This document shows positions 48,458 to 57,379 of a stretch of 59,749 bases of DNA, piece by piece. Every line of letters starts with the position of its first letter. Position 1 is the first letter of the stretch. A program made the position numbers and the translations under genes. Source of the stretch: Candidatus Woesearchaeota archaeon (GTDB lineage: Archaea; Nanobdellota; Nanobdellia; SCGC-AAA011-G17; VGLX01); assembly GCA_964428965.1 (NCBI GenBank), contig CAYSAF010000004.1:1-59749 (forward strand), in the 5' to 3' direction. The notes under the pieces were generated by a model. It did not search any database. It was not told where the DNA came from and was given only the letters and a program-made list of their open reading frames with translations.

Positions 48458-50254
48458 TTACTTTATGTAGCCTCCCCTTTGCAATCCCCAAAGGTGTTTG
48501 TATTCTCCTGGTTGCCTTATGAGTTGCTGGTGTGTCCCTTGCTGGACTATCTTGCCCTTTTTCATGACAACTATTTTGTCTGCTCTCATTATCGTTGAGA
48601 GTCTGTGTGCTATTATTATTGATGTCCTTCCTTTCATGAGTTCTTCTAGGGCTTGTTTTATCTCAAATTCTGTTTGAGAGTCTAGTGATGATGTTGCCTC
48701 GTCCAGTACCAGCACTTTTTTGTTTGCAAGTATTGCTCTTGCTATTGACACCCTCTGTTTTTCTCCTCCTGATAGCTTTATTCCCCTCTCTCCCACTATT
48801 GTGTTTTCTCTGTTTGGGAAGCTCTTTACTATCCTGTCAAGCTGGGCAAACTTCATTGCCTTCATGATTTCTTCTTTTGTTGCTCCTGGTTTTGAGAACC
48901 CGACATTGTTGGCTACTGTGTCGTCGAAGAGCATGCATTCCTGTGGCACTATGCTCATCTCGCTTCTCAGTGATTCTTGCTTCACGTCTTTTATGTTCTT
49001 TCCGTCTATGAGTATTGCTCCCGAGTCGATGTCATAGAGCCTGTACAGGAGTTTTACGAGTGTTGTTTTTCCGCTTCCTGAGTGTCCCACGAGTGCAACT
49101 TTCTTGTTTTTTGGTATTACAAGGTTAAAGTTGTGAAATATTTTTCTTTTTCCGTAGTTGAAGCTTAGGTTGTTGAATATTATCCCCCCTTCCTTTATCT
49201 TTAGTTCTTCCGCATTTTTCCTGTCTCTTATCTTGTTTTTTAGTTTTGCAAACTGGAACAGCACCTCAAAATCTGCCATTGATCTGTAATAATTTCTTAT
49301 TCCGTGCACGAAGCTGAAAAGTTGTCCTACCAGTAGTAGGAATAGTGTGTATATGAACACCAGGCTTCCAAGTGTATATCGTCCTACTAAAAATCCATTT
49401 ATTGTTATGTACACAATAAGGAATGTTCCTGCTGATAGTATGAGTGATTGTATTACGTCCATCCATTTGAAGTGGTTCCAGAGTGCTATTGTTTTGTTTT
49501 TGGTTATTTCTGTTAGTGCCTTGAATCTGCTTTTGATGAGGTTTTCCTTTGCGAAGTATTTTATGGATTCAACGTTTACGAACATGTCTGCTATGTTGCC
49601 CCTTTCTGTGTCTTCTGCTGTGTTGTATTCTATGCTTGATTTTTCTTGTATTCTTAGTGCTGTGAAGCTGTATACCCCAAATACCAGTATTACTGCTAAT
49701 ATTACCAGCAATGGTGTTATTCCTATGTAAACGAATGATATTCCAGCTGCTATAAGCTCAAATATTAGTGGTGCGAAGTTGAATACGAATACGTCTGATA
49801 ATCTCTCTACAGCGCTCCCTATCCTTGCCAGCTTTGATATCGTGCTGCCTGTTCTGTGTTTTGTGTGGAAGCTGTAGTCGAGTGATATTATGTGATCGAA
49901 GAACCTCCTTTTCAGGTCTGCTATTAGGTTTGCTTCTACGAGGTTTACGCAGTTCTGGTAGGCCCATTTCATGCCCGCTCTTAGTAATGATGCCCCTGCA
50001 TAGACAAGCCCTACAATTATGAGCACATTGATAAATTGCTGTGCCATGAGGGTTTTTGCTTCAAATGCGGTTGCCCTGTCCACTATTATCTTGAATAGAA
50101 ACCTATCAAGTATGATTGTTGCCTCTACTATGAACACTAGGAAGAACAGTAGTATGATCCAGTACTTGTATTTCTTCGCGTGTCTGAGGAAGAGGTTCAG
50201 GTTGTATTTGAAGTCAATGCTCCCTTTTTGGTTCTTTTTGTTCATTATATACAT
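48458..50254 (-). CDS. ABC exporter, fused TMD-NBD
   Basis: GHSGSGKT, LSGGEKQR, LDEAT, IAHRL. Confidence 0.95.
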   Translation of the reverse strand: MYIMNKKNQKGSIDFKYNLNLFLRHAKKYKYWIILLFFLVFIVEATIILDRFLFKIIVDRATAFEAKTLMAQQFINVLIIVGLVYAGASLLRAGMKWAYQNCVNLVEANLIADLKRRFFDHIISLDYSFHTKHRTGSTISKLARIGSAVERLSDVFVFNFAPLIFELIAAGISFVYIGITPLLVILAVILVFGVYSFTALRIQEKSSIEYNTAEDTERGNIADMFVNVESIKYFAKENLIKSRFKALTEITKNKTIALWNHFKWMDVIQSLILSAGTFLIVYITINGFLVGRYTLGSLVFIYTLFLLLVGQLFSFVHGIRNYYRSMADFEVLFQFAKLKNKIRDRKNAEELKIKEGGIIFNNLSFNYGKRKIFHNFNLVIPKNKKVALVGHSGSGKTTLVKLLYRLYDIDSGAILIDGKNIKDVKQESLRSEMSIVPQECMLFDDTVANNVGFSKPGATKEEIMKAMKFAQLDRIVKSFPNRENTIVGERGIKLSGGEKQRVSIARAILANKKVLVLDEATSSLDSQTEFEIKQALEELMKGRTSIIIAHRLSTIMRADKIVVMKKGKIVQQGTHQQLIRQPGEYKHLWGLQRGGYIK

Positions 50255-50328
50255 TCAAGGAAATAATGGGTTTTTATGGTTTTCTGAATTTGGCATAATT
50301 TTAAATAGTATAATTGCCTCAGATTATT

Positions 50329-50703
50329 ATGGTGAAAAAGAGGGGAAGAAGGTTCTTGTATTGGGCTCCTAGGGTGCTTGCTATATTGGCTATAGTTTTC
50401 TTGACTATGTTCTCTCTGGACGTGTTTGAGGCTGGTTTCAGTCTTTTGGCGTTAGGAGGTTTTTTCATCCATTCAATTCCTTCATTTTTTTTATTGGTTG
50501 CTTTGCTTGTTGCTTGGAGAAGGGAGAAGGTTGGTGGTATTATGTTCTTGGTTCTTTGGTTTTTGTTTATGGTTTTTTTAACCATCCCTCGCAGCTTTTT
50601 TGTTGGTCGGTTGACTGTTGAGTCTGTTGTTTTTATCCTGCCCAGCCCTCTTTTGGTTGTTGGCATTCTTTTTCTTCTGAGTTGGTATTATAGGAAGAAA
50701 TAA
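50329..50703 (+). CDS. Small membrane protein
   Basis: WAPRVLAI...FFIHSIP...AWRREKVGG, 4 TM. Confidence 0.7.
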   Translation: MVKKRGRRFLYWAPRVLAILAIVFLTMFSLDVFEAGFSLLALGGFFIHSIPSFFLLVALLVAWRREKVGGIMFLVLWFLFMVFLTIPRSFFVGRLTVESVVFILPSPLLVVGILFLLSWYYRKK

Positions 50704-50706
50704 TTT

Positions 50707-51681
50707 TTATTCTCTTTTCATGGTTTTTTTGTAAGGTAACCATTCACAGTTGCACAGGTTAGGTTCAACTGATTTTTCTGGGTAGTGTGACTCCGCAAGC
50801 ATATCATTGAGTGCTGCTTTGAATTTTTCGTCTAAGTAAGGCAATGGGCACTCTAATTTTTGGTCAACGTAGTTGTTAACCCCCCAATGTATGAAGTATG
50901 TTCCTTCTGGCAGCTGGCATGGATCCCCCAAGAATTGTCCCTGAGTTACGTTGTCTCCTAGCTTGACCTGTATGTTTATGAGGCATACGTACTCTATCGC
51001 GAATTTTCCGCTTGTTACGTACACCCCATAGCCTTTAGGGTCTTCTATGAGCCCTCCAGGCCCTTCTATATACTCTACTGTCCCATCTGCTGATGCGTAT
51101 ATTTTTGCATCACTGCTTAACTCAAAATCTATCCCACCATGTCCTTCTGGGTGGTCTCCGCCGTGAACACAGAAAGGCCAAAGCCCCCAGTCTGCGTATT
51201 CATAATATTTTATTTCAAATGGTATGTACAGCGTTGGTATCTGTAAGTTTGGATCGTATAACCTGCCGAATCCACATTCAGATTCGTTTGGATTCTGTTT
51301 GCAGTACTCCCTACATTCATCCTGTGTTGAGCACTTCCCGGGAATTGTGTTCTGCTGGTTGTGCTTCAGAAGACATAACTCGTTTTGTGGGTTCTTTAAG
51401 CAGAAGTCCATGCATAGGTTTGTTGTCGTGCAGACCTTCCTGCATTCCTCTATCGTTGAGCATACATCTGGCAAGCCTGTAAATTCTTTTTCCTGGTACT
51501 CTTCCTTCACCCTTTCGTAGAATTCCTGTTGTTGCTCTTTTTGTTCTTCAACTGATGGTTGTTCTGTAAGGGTTTCATCATAGCCTTCTTCAGTGTTTGT
51601 TTCTTCTGAGGTTTTTTCAAGATTACAACCAGCGATTAGTATTAGTGCTAGGAACAACACTACCCTTTTTTTCATAATCAT
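50707..51681 (-). CDS. Lipoprotein-like secreted protein with M23 peptidase-like domain
   Basis: LIAG/C signal, Cys-rich repeats, HGGIDF (HxxxD), IYASADGTV, IHWG. Confidence 0.7.
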   Translation of the reverse strand: MIMKKRVVLFLALILIAGCNLEKTSEETNTEEGYDETLTEQPSVEEQKEQQQEFYERVKEEYQEKEFTGLPDVCSTIEECRKVCTTTNLCMDFCLKNPQNELCLLKHNQQNTIPGKCSTQDECREYCKQNPNESECGFGRLYDPNLQIPTLYIPFEIKYYEYADWGLWPFCVHGGDHPEGHGGIDFELSSDAKIYASADGTVEYIEGPGGLIEDPKGYGVYVTSGKFAIEYVCLINIQVKLGDNVTQGQFLGDPCQLPEGTYFIHWGVNNYVDQKLECPLPYLDEKFKAALNDMLAESHYPEKSVEPNLCNCEWLPYKKTMKRE

Positions 51682-51813
51682 AATTCATGTAAGGGTATAT
51701 AAAAAGGTTTCGCAATTTGGAAAAAAATTCGTACGCCGAGGCGGGACGTTAGATGCTCTTGGCATACGCCGAATACCCTCCACTGGCTCTGCTCTGCTAT
51801 AGTCTGTTAAGTG

Positions 51814-51850
51814 TTCATTACTAATGAACAGAAGTATGCATTACTAATGC
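51814..51850. promoter_or_regulatory. Two palindromic operator-like sites upstream of the AAA ATPase gene
   Basis: CATTACTAATG at 51816-51826 (within TGTTCATTA-C-TAATGAACA) and at 51839-51849, followed by an AT-rich TATA-like tract. Confidence 0.5.
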
Positions 51851-51885
51851 AAAGATTTATAAATAAGGTATTATAACATAATAGT

Positions 51886-53097
51886 ATGATGCTTAAGGAA
51901 ACTTTGAGGAGTGTTGTTAAGTCACAAAAGAGTGAACTTTCTTTGTTTGAAGATGGTATAGAAAGGGAAGAACTTGATAAGGTAAAAATAGACCTTCCAT
52001 TTGTACTAGTTGTGTCTGGAATAAGGAGATGCGGAAAAAGTACTTTGATGCGTCAGCTCATGAAAAAAACAAAGAACTTTTATTACTTTAATTTTGAAGA
52101 TCCACGAGTGGTAGATTTTACAATTGATGATTTTCAAAAGCTGGATGAAGTTTTTTTGGAAGAGTATGGTAAAGAGGGTTATTATTTTTTTGATGAAATT
52201 CAAAACGTTCCAAAATGGGAGCTGTTTGTTAGGGCGCTGTTAGATAAGAAGAAGCATGTTATGATTACTGGCTCTAATGCCTCGTTACTTAGCAAAGAGC
52301 TTGGGACAAGACTTACTGGAAGGCATTTGCGAAATGAGCTATTCCCTTTCTCATTTAATGAATTTCTTAAATTAGTTAATAAACAGCCAAGTATAAAGTC
52401 TTTTGAAGAGTATTTTCTTAAAGGAGGTTTCCCAGAATACCTTAAGGTTGGCAGGGCAGAGGTGTTGCAAGAGTTGTTAAATGATATAATTATGAGAGAT
52501 ATTGCTGTAAGATATAAACTAAGGAACTTAAAAACGATAAAGGAAATGGCTTTATATCTGCTAACGAACGTTGGTAAAGAATTTTCTTACAACAGTCTCA
52601 AAAGGATTTTCAGCTTGGGCTCTACTAATAGTGCAATATCTTTTGTTTCATATTTTGAAGATAGTTATTTGCTGTTCACAGTTCCTAAATTTGATTACTC
52701 CCTGAAGAAACAGTTAGTTAATCCTAAAAAGATTTACTCTATTGATAGCGGCTTATCAGCTGTAACTTCTGCTTCCTTTTCAGAAGATAAAGGAAAAATG
52801 CTTGAAAATGTGGTATTTATAAATTTAAGAAAAAAACACAGGGACATTTTCTACTTTAAAGAAAAAAACGAATGTGACTTTGTCATTAAAAATGGGGCAA
52901 AAATTAGTCAAGCAGCCCAAGTATGTTATATCCTGAATGAGGACAATAAAGAAAGGGAACTAAATGGATTAGTTGAAGCAATGGAGAAGTTTAATTTAAG
53001 GGAAGGACTGATTTTAACCTACAATCAAGAAGATGAAATAAAACTTAAGGACAGAAAAATAAAAGTCCTCCCAGTTTTCAGGTGGTTATTATCTTAA
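51886..53097 (+). CDS. AAA+ ATPase with DUF4143-type C-terminus
   Basis: GIRRCGKS, FFDEIQ, ITGSNA, GGFPE, KKIYSIDSG, ECDFV. Confidence 0.9.
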   Translation: MMLKETLRSVVKSQKSELSLFEDGIEREELDKVKIDLPFVLVVSGIRRCGKSTLMRQLMKKTKNFYYFNFEDPRVVDFTIDDFQKLDEVFLEEYGKEGYYFFDEIQNVPKWELFVRALLDKKKHVMITGSNASLLSKELGTRLTGRHLRNELFPFSFNEFLKLVNKQPSIKSFEEYFLKGGFPEYLKVGRAEVLQELLNDIIMRDIAVRYKLRNLKTIKEMALYLLTNVGKEFSYNSLKRIFSLGSTNSAISFVSYFEDSYLLFTVPKFDYSLKKQLVNPKKIYSIDSGLSAVTSASFSEDKGKMLENVVFINLRKKHRDIFYFKEKNECDFVIKNGAKISQAAQVCYILNEDNKERELNGLVEAMEKFNLREGLILTYNQEDEIKLKDRKIKVLPVFRWLLS

Positions 53098-53222
53098 CCA
53101 CTATTTATCAAATTCAGAATTGCTATTCCCCTCAAGCTAATTTGATGAAAGAATGATCCAAGACTATTATGCTCTGGGTATACGCCCTTAAAAGGGAGAC
53201 TTATCTTTAACTTGAAATGGAT

Positions 53223-53453
53223 TTATTTGAGCTGTTTCATAAACTCTTCTCTGGAAATGCATAAGTCTTTTTTGATTATTTTATTGAGAAGTCCCCTGTC
53301 CAGTTTTTCTCCGGGATGGTTTGGTACAACAGTGGTCCTGCCGTCAGGGTGTCTGAAGAAAACGTGACTTCCCTCTTGTCTTATCTTTTCAAAACCAAGT
53401 TTAGTTAGAACCTTGAACAACTCCTTAGCAGGAAGTAAAGGCAGTTTTGGCAT
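53223..53453 (-). CDS. hicA: HicA-family toxin
   Basis: LGFEKIRQEGSHVFFRHPDGRTTVVPNH. Confidence 0.9.
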   Translation of the reverse strand: MPKLPLLPAKELFKVLTKLGFEKIRQEGSHVFFRHPDGRTTVVPNHPGEKLDRGLLNKIIKKDLCISREEFMKQLK

Positions 53454-53454
53454 T

Positions 53455-53661
53455 TTATACTGCTATTTTCTGTAAGCCGATAAACTTTTCAGAAATCTTT
53501 AAGGGTTCTTTTTGTGATTTTAGGTATAGGGAAATTGCTTCCTTGGTCCTTTTGATCAGCTCGTCCATTGTTTTTGCTTGGGTGTGGCATCCTGGAAGCT
53601 CAACTACGTCTGATATTAAGTAGCCATCTTCTCCTTCTTCTATAATCATATTAAATTGCAT
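53455..53661 (-). CDS. hicB: HicB-family antitoxin
   Basis: EDGY...VELPGCHTQAKTMDEL. Confidence 0.9.
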   Translation of the reverse strand: MQFNMIIEEGEDGYLISDVVELPGCHTQAKTMDELIKRTKEAISLYLKSQKEPLKISEKFIGLQKIAV

Positions 53662-53844
53662 ATTGTTTTAATATTTTTTTTATATATAAACCTTGTGTTT
53701 ATGTAAAGCAAAGTTCTTAAGTTAACAGTGTGGTGCTCTGGGCATATGCCAAAGCTTTAAATCATAGATTGGGTTATTGAGAATGAGTTTTTGCAAAACA
53801 AAAGAATGAATAGAGAAAGATAAAGCTGGAAAAAACTTGAAAAA

Positions 53845-54396
53845 TTATCTTTTTCTATGTTTTCTAGTAAGGGAAATGATCCACATAGCACTTAAAATTA
53901 ATATGTACACCAAAAAGAATATTAAAACTCCTAAAACCGCATGAAGTGTAATAATATAGTTTAGTGGAGGTGTTTTACTGCGTGTGTCAAAAAACATCTC
54001 TGTTGCCACACCTAAAGGGGTACTTGTCATAATATTAGACTTACGTTCCCTAAGTTCTTGGGCTCTATCGTCATTACCAACTTGGTCATATAAAATAGAT
54101 AATATGACTAATGACTGAGCTATTTGTCGATTGTTATCGTCTCTCTCAGCCATGTCCAGTGCTATTTTATTAACTTCAATTGCCTCATAATATTTCCTGT
54201 CTTTAAATAGTGAATAACCTTTATTAGTTAAGTCGTCCCAAGTTGTGTTTCTTGTAATTTCTAAATTTTGGATGTATTCTTTCCCGGACTTTTCTGAAGA
54301 ATGTGGCAGTAAAAAATAACGGTATTCATAACCTAAAAAAATTAAAATTATGGCTAGAGCCGCCAATGCAGATATTTTTATTTTTTTATCTACCAT
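53845..54396 (-). CDS. TPR-like membrane protein
   Basis: N- and C-terminal TM segments flanking a TPR-like helix pair; AT-rich. Confidence 0.55.
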   Translation of the reverse strand: MVDKKIKISALAALAIILIFLGYEYRYFLLPHSSEKSGKEYIQNLEITRNTTWDDLTNKGYSLFKDRKYYEAIEVNKIALDMAERDDNNRQIAQSLVILSILYDQVGNDDRAQELRERKSNIMTSTPLGVATEMFFDTRSKTPPLNYIITLHAVLGVLIFFLVYILILSAMWIISLTRKHRKR

Positions 54397-54500
54397 TTCT
54401 TTATAGTTATTTTAAGGGATGGTATTATTTAAACTTTCTTGTATCGAATTGAGCAAGTAAATCAAAAGTGTTTGAGCTTTGCTATACACAAATCTAAATC

Positions 54501-54584
54501 CGCCGAGACGGGGATTTGAACCCCGATATCCCGAAGGAAACAGGTTTAGCAAACCTGCGCACTACCAGGTTATGCGATCTCGGC
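54501..54584 (-). tRNA. tRNA-Ser(GCT), long variable arm, no intron
   Basis: GCCGAGA/TCTCGGC acceptor stem, CAGGT-TTGCTAA-ACCTG, G73. Confidence 0.95.
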
Positions 54585-54612
54585 ATCAAGTTTTTTTTGT
54601 TCTTGTATTCTT

Positions 54613-54852
54613 TTAAACCTTTCTTTTTCTTGCTATCAGGTTTTCTGCCCTTTTCAGCATCTCTTTTTTCAGGCCTATAAAAACTCCACCTGGCTTTCCT
54701 GCTGTGTATGTTGCCTCTCCGTATTTTATTACCTTTGCCAGCTCTTCTGATTCTATGTCTATGTGTGTTATTCTCGCGTTTGACTTGCCTTTCTCATGCA
54801 AATAAACCTTCACATTTTTTATAGAATATTTTCCTTCTCCAGCTCCTGACAT
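54613..54852 (-). CDS. Small hypothetical protein
   Basis: 79-aa ORF with RBS-like GGAAAA. Confidence 0.6.
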   Translation of the reverse strand: MSGAGEGKYSIKNVKVYLHEKGKSNARITHIDIESEELAKVIKYGEATYTAGKPGGVFIGLKKEMLKRAENLIARKRKV

Positions 54853-54911
54853 GTTTTCCTTAATTATTTTTATTCTTATAAACCTTTACAATAAGCTTTA
54901 TAAACAAAGTC

Positions 54912-55994
54912 ATGTGCTACTGCACTATGTTTCCTGCCTCTATTTTCCCATCAGTAGAGGATGTGTTGATGAGAAATTATGCTCACTTATTAGGCGCATC
55001 TTCGTTCAGGGGGTTAAAGCGGATAGTTAGGGATAACATGGAAAGTTTGACAGATATGGAAAAACGCATTTTAAGCATGAGGTTTTCTAAGTTGAGAGCT
55101 AAGGAAATAAACTCTAAGCTTAACATCAGTCTGCAGAGGGTGTATTATAGGGAGAGGCGTGCTATTTCCAAAGTTCTTGCTGATTTAAAAAGTAAGCAAC
55201 TTCAACATATGGATAAAGAGCGGATACTTAACATGTTTCTTTCAGAATTCGCTAAATATCTTCCATCATCGCCTAATGTTAATTATTACACTCGCGTGAG
55301 GCATTCTTTCTCCAGGATTAAAGATATGAAAATAGGTGGGCTAATAGAGATGGGCCCTTCAATTATGAACAAAGTTGGAATAGGTGCTCGTTCCTATGAT
55401 CGTCTAAGAAAGTTTTTATTGAATTATGATATCAAATTAGAAAAGATTCCATCTTTGTACGATACCAATATTAAGAAGTACATCAATGTCTTATCCACTT
55501 CCTCTTTGGATGATACAAAAATTACCATTTCTAGGTATGGAGATTTCCTTGAACCTTTAGAGCTTAAGGTCTTGAAGATGAGGCTTTTTGGTAACTCGCT
55601 TAGAAGTATTGGTATGAAAGTTGATCTAACTCGTGAACGCATTAGAAAGATAGAGTCTTATGCCCTTGAAAAGCTGAGGTTTTATTCTGATCGTAGTTTA
55701 GAAAATTACACAAAAGATGATGTTTTGAGTATGAAAGTTTCAGAATTTGTTAATCTGATCCCTCCTGCTCGTGATTATAAGGCTGTTAGGATAAAGAATG
55801 CCCTTTTGACCTGTTTCAGCGAGCATAACCTTGCATATCTTGTTGAAAATCCAGATGAACTTGCTAAGTGCCCTGCTTTTCATGCAAAGTGTTATATGTC
55901 TTTCAGGAATATACTAAGAAATTATGGTATATCGCTTGCTAATACTGATTATTTTAAACCCCATAAAATTCTTTTACCTAATAATAAGGTTTAA
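54912..55994 (+). CDS. Protein with duplicated sigma-70 region 4-like and RNAP alpha-CTD-like modules
   Basis: LTDMEKRILSMR...; LEPLELKVLKMR...LTRERIRKIESYALEKL; GIGARSYDRL...; VRIKNAL. Confidence 0.6.
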   Translation: MCYCTMFPASIFPSVEDVLMRNYAHLLGASSFRGLKRIVRDNMESLTDMEKRILSMRFSKLRAKEINSKLNISLQRVYYRERRAISKVLADLKSKQLQHMDKERILNMFLSEFAKYLPSSPNVNYYTRVRHSFSRIKDMKIGGLIEMGPSIMNKVGIGARSYDRLRKFLLNYDIKLEKIPSLYDTNIKKYINVLSTSSLDDTKITISRYGDFLEPLELKVLKMRLFGNSLRSIGMKVDLTRERIRKIESYALEKLRFYSDRSLENYTKDDVLSMKVSEFVNLIPPARDYKAVRIKNALLTCFSEHNLAYLVENPDELAKCPAFHAKCYMSFRNILRNYGISLANTDYFKPHKILLPNNKV

Positions 55995-56020
55995 AAATAC
56001 TGCATTCATTAATTATTGTC

Positions 56021-57034
56021 ATGATAGTTATCGACGGTAGCACAGGTGAAGGGGGAGGTCAGATGTTGAGGACCGCCCTAGGTCTTTCTGCTCTGACAGG
56101 TAAACCTTTCAGCATGATTAACATTAGGAAAGGAAGGGATAATCCTGGCATTAAGGAGCAGCACCTTCAGGCTGTTAATGCTGTTGCCAAGCTTTGTGAT
56201 GCCAAGGTTGAGGGTGCTGAGATTAACTCCATGAACTTGGAGTTCATTCCGAATGCGATTCGTTCTGGTAACATTAATGTTGCTATCTCTACAGCTGGTT
56301 CAGTTGGCCTTGTTCTTCAATCATTGCTTATACCTGCTGTTAAGACTGATTTGAGGATTAGGATTAAAGGGGGTGCTACCTGTGGCAAGTGGGCCATGCC
56401 CATTGACCATTTCAAGTTTGTTCTCTCTCCCCTCCTAAAAAGGCTCGGTTACGAGACCGGTGTTGTTGTTAAAAAGGAAGGTTTTTATCCGAAAGGCGGT
56501 GCTCTTGTTGAGGTTTTTTCTGGCAAGGTTAAGCAAATCCTCCCTATCGATGTTATGGAGAAGGGAAAAATTATTTCCATCAATGGAAAAAGTATTGCTT
56601 CTGAGCAGTTAAGGAATGCCAGGGTTGCAGAAAGGCAAGCAAATTCTGCTAAGAAACTTCTCTTTGATCATTTCAAGACTGATGCTAACATAAAGGTTGA
56701 GTATGTTAATACATTAAATGCTGGTTCTGGGATTCAGCTTTGGATTGAGACAGAGAACTCCGTCATCGGTGGCAATTCTCTAGGTGAGGTGGGTAAGAAG
56801 GCTGAGATTGTTGGTGAGGAGGCAGCAAATAATCTTGTGGAGGATTTTGAGCATGGTTGTGTTGATCGTTTTACTTCTGATCAGCTTCTTCCTTACATGG
56901 CCCTTGCTGGTTCAGGTCGTTTCCTTGCTTCTAAGATTACTGACCATGTTAGGACGAATGCCTTGGTTATTGAGCAGTTTCTCGATGTGAAATTCAATTT
57001 AAAGGATAAGTTGATTGAATGTAAAAGCGTTTAA
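56021..57034 (+). CDS. rtcA: RNA 3'-terminal phosphate cyclase
   Basis: IDGSTGEGGGQMLRTA, GFYPKGG, DQLLPY, TDHVRTN. Confidence 0.95.
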   Translation: MIVIDGSTGEGGGQMLRTALGLSALTGKPFSMINIRKGRDNPGIKEQHLQAVNAVAKLCDAKVEGAEINSMNLEFIPNAIRSGNINVAISTAGSVGLVLQSLLIPAVKTDLRIRIKGGATCGKWAMPIDHFKFVLSPLLKRLGYETGVVVKKEGFYPKGGALVEVFSGKVKQILPIDVMEKGKIISINGKSIASEQLRNARVAERQANSAKKLLFDHFKTDANIKVEYVNTLNAGSGIQLWIETENSVIGGNSLGEVGKKAEIVGEEAANNLVEDFEHGCVDRFTSDQLLPYMALAGSGRFLASKITDHVRTNALVIEQFLDVKFNLKDKLIECKSV

Positions 57035-57073
57035 CAAAAGCTTTAAAAACATGCCTTTTTCTATTAGTTACAT

Positions 57074-57272
57074 AGCGGGGTGGAGCAGCTAGGAGTGCTC
57101 GTCGAATCAAGTCTTTTAGATTGATGCGAAAGGCCCATATAGCCTAGCAAATTGGCTCTGGACACCCGGAATTAGGAAACTAATGGGCAAAGGTCGATGG
57201 AGGGGGTTCAGAAATCAAAGAATTCCCGTCGAATTCAAAAGGGAAAACCTGAATGTCCATCCCCCGCTACCA
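57074..57272 (+). tRNA. Initiator tRNA-Met(CAT) with five introns: exons 57074-57104, 57132-57139, 57164-57169, 57191-57200, 57234-57239, 57256-57272
   Basis: Joined exons give 78 nt: AGCGGGG-TG-GAGC-AGCTAGGAGT-GCTC-G-TCGGG-CCCATAA-CCCGG-AGGTC-GATGG-TTCAAAT-CCATC-CCCCGCT-A-CCA. It has A1-U72 and three G-C pairs 29-31/39-41. Each removed segment forms a BHB-type fold. Confidence 0.9.
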
Positions 57273-57379
57273 CTTTATAATAGTAGCATTATTACTACTT
57301 TAAACATATATTTTTTAGCGAATAGACATCCGTCATGTCCACGGGCAGTATATATAAATAATAGAGAAATCTTCAAGTA

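Noticed and set aside
51731-51810. Possible split or intron-rich tRNA half on the minus strand ending CCCGCCTCGGCG
   Set aside because: No 5' half or valid T-loop could be reconstructed, even allowing BHB introns. It is kept only as a possible att remnant.
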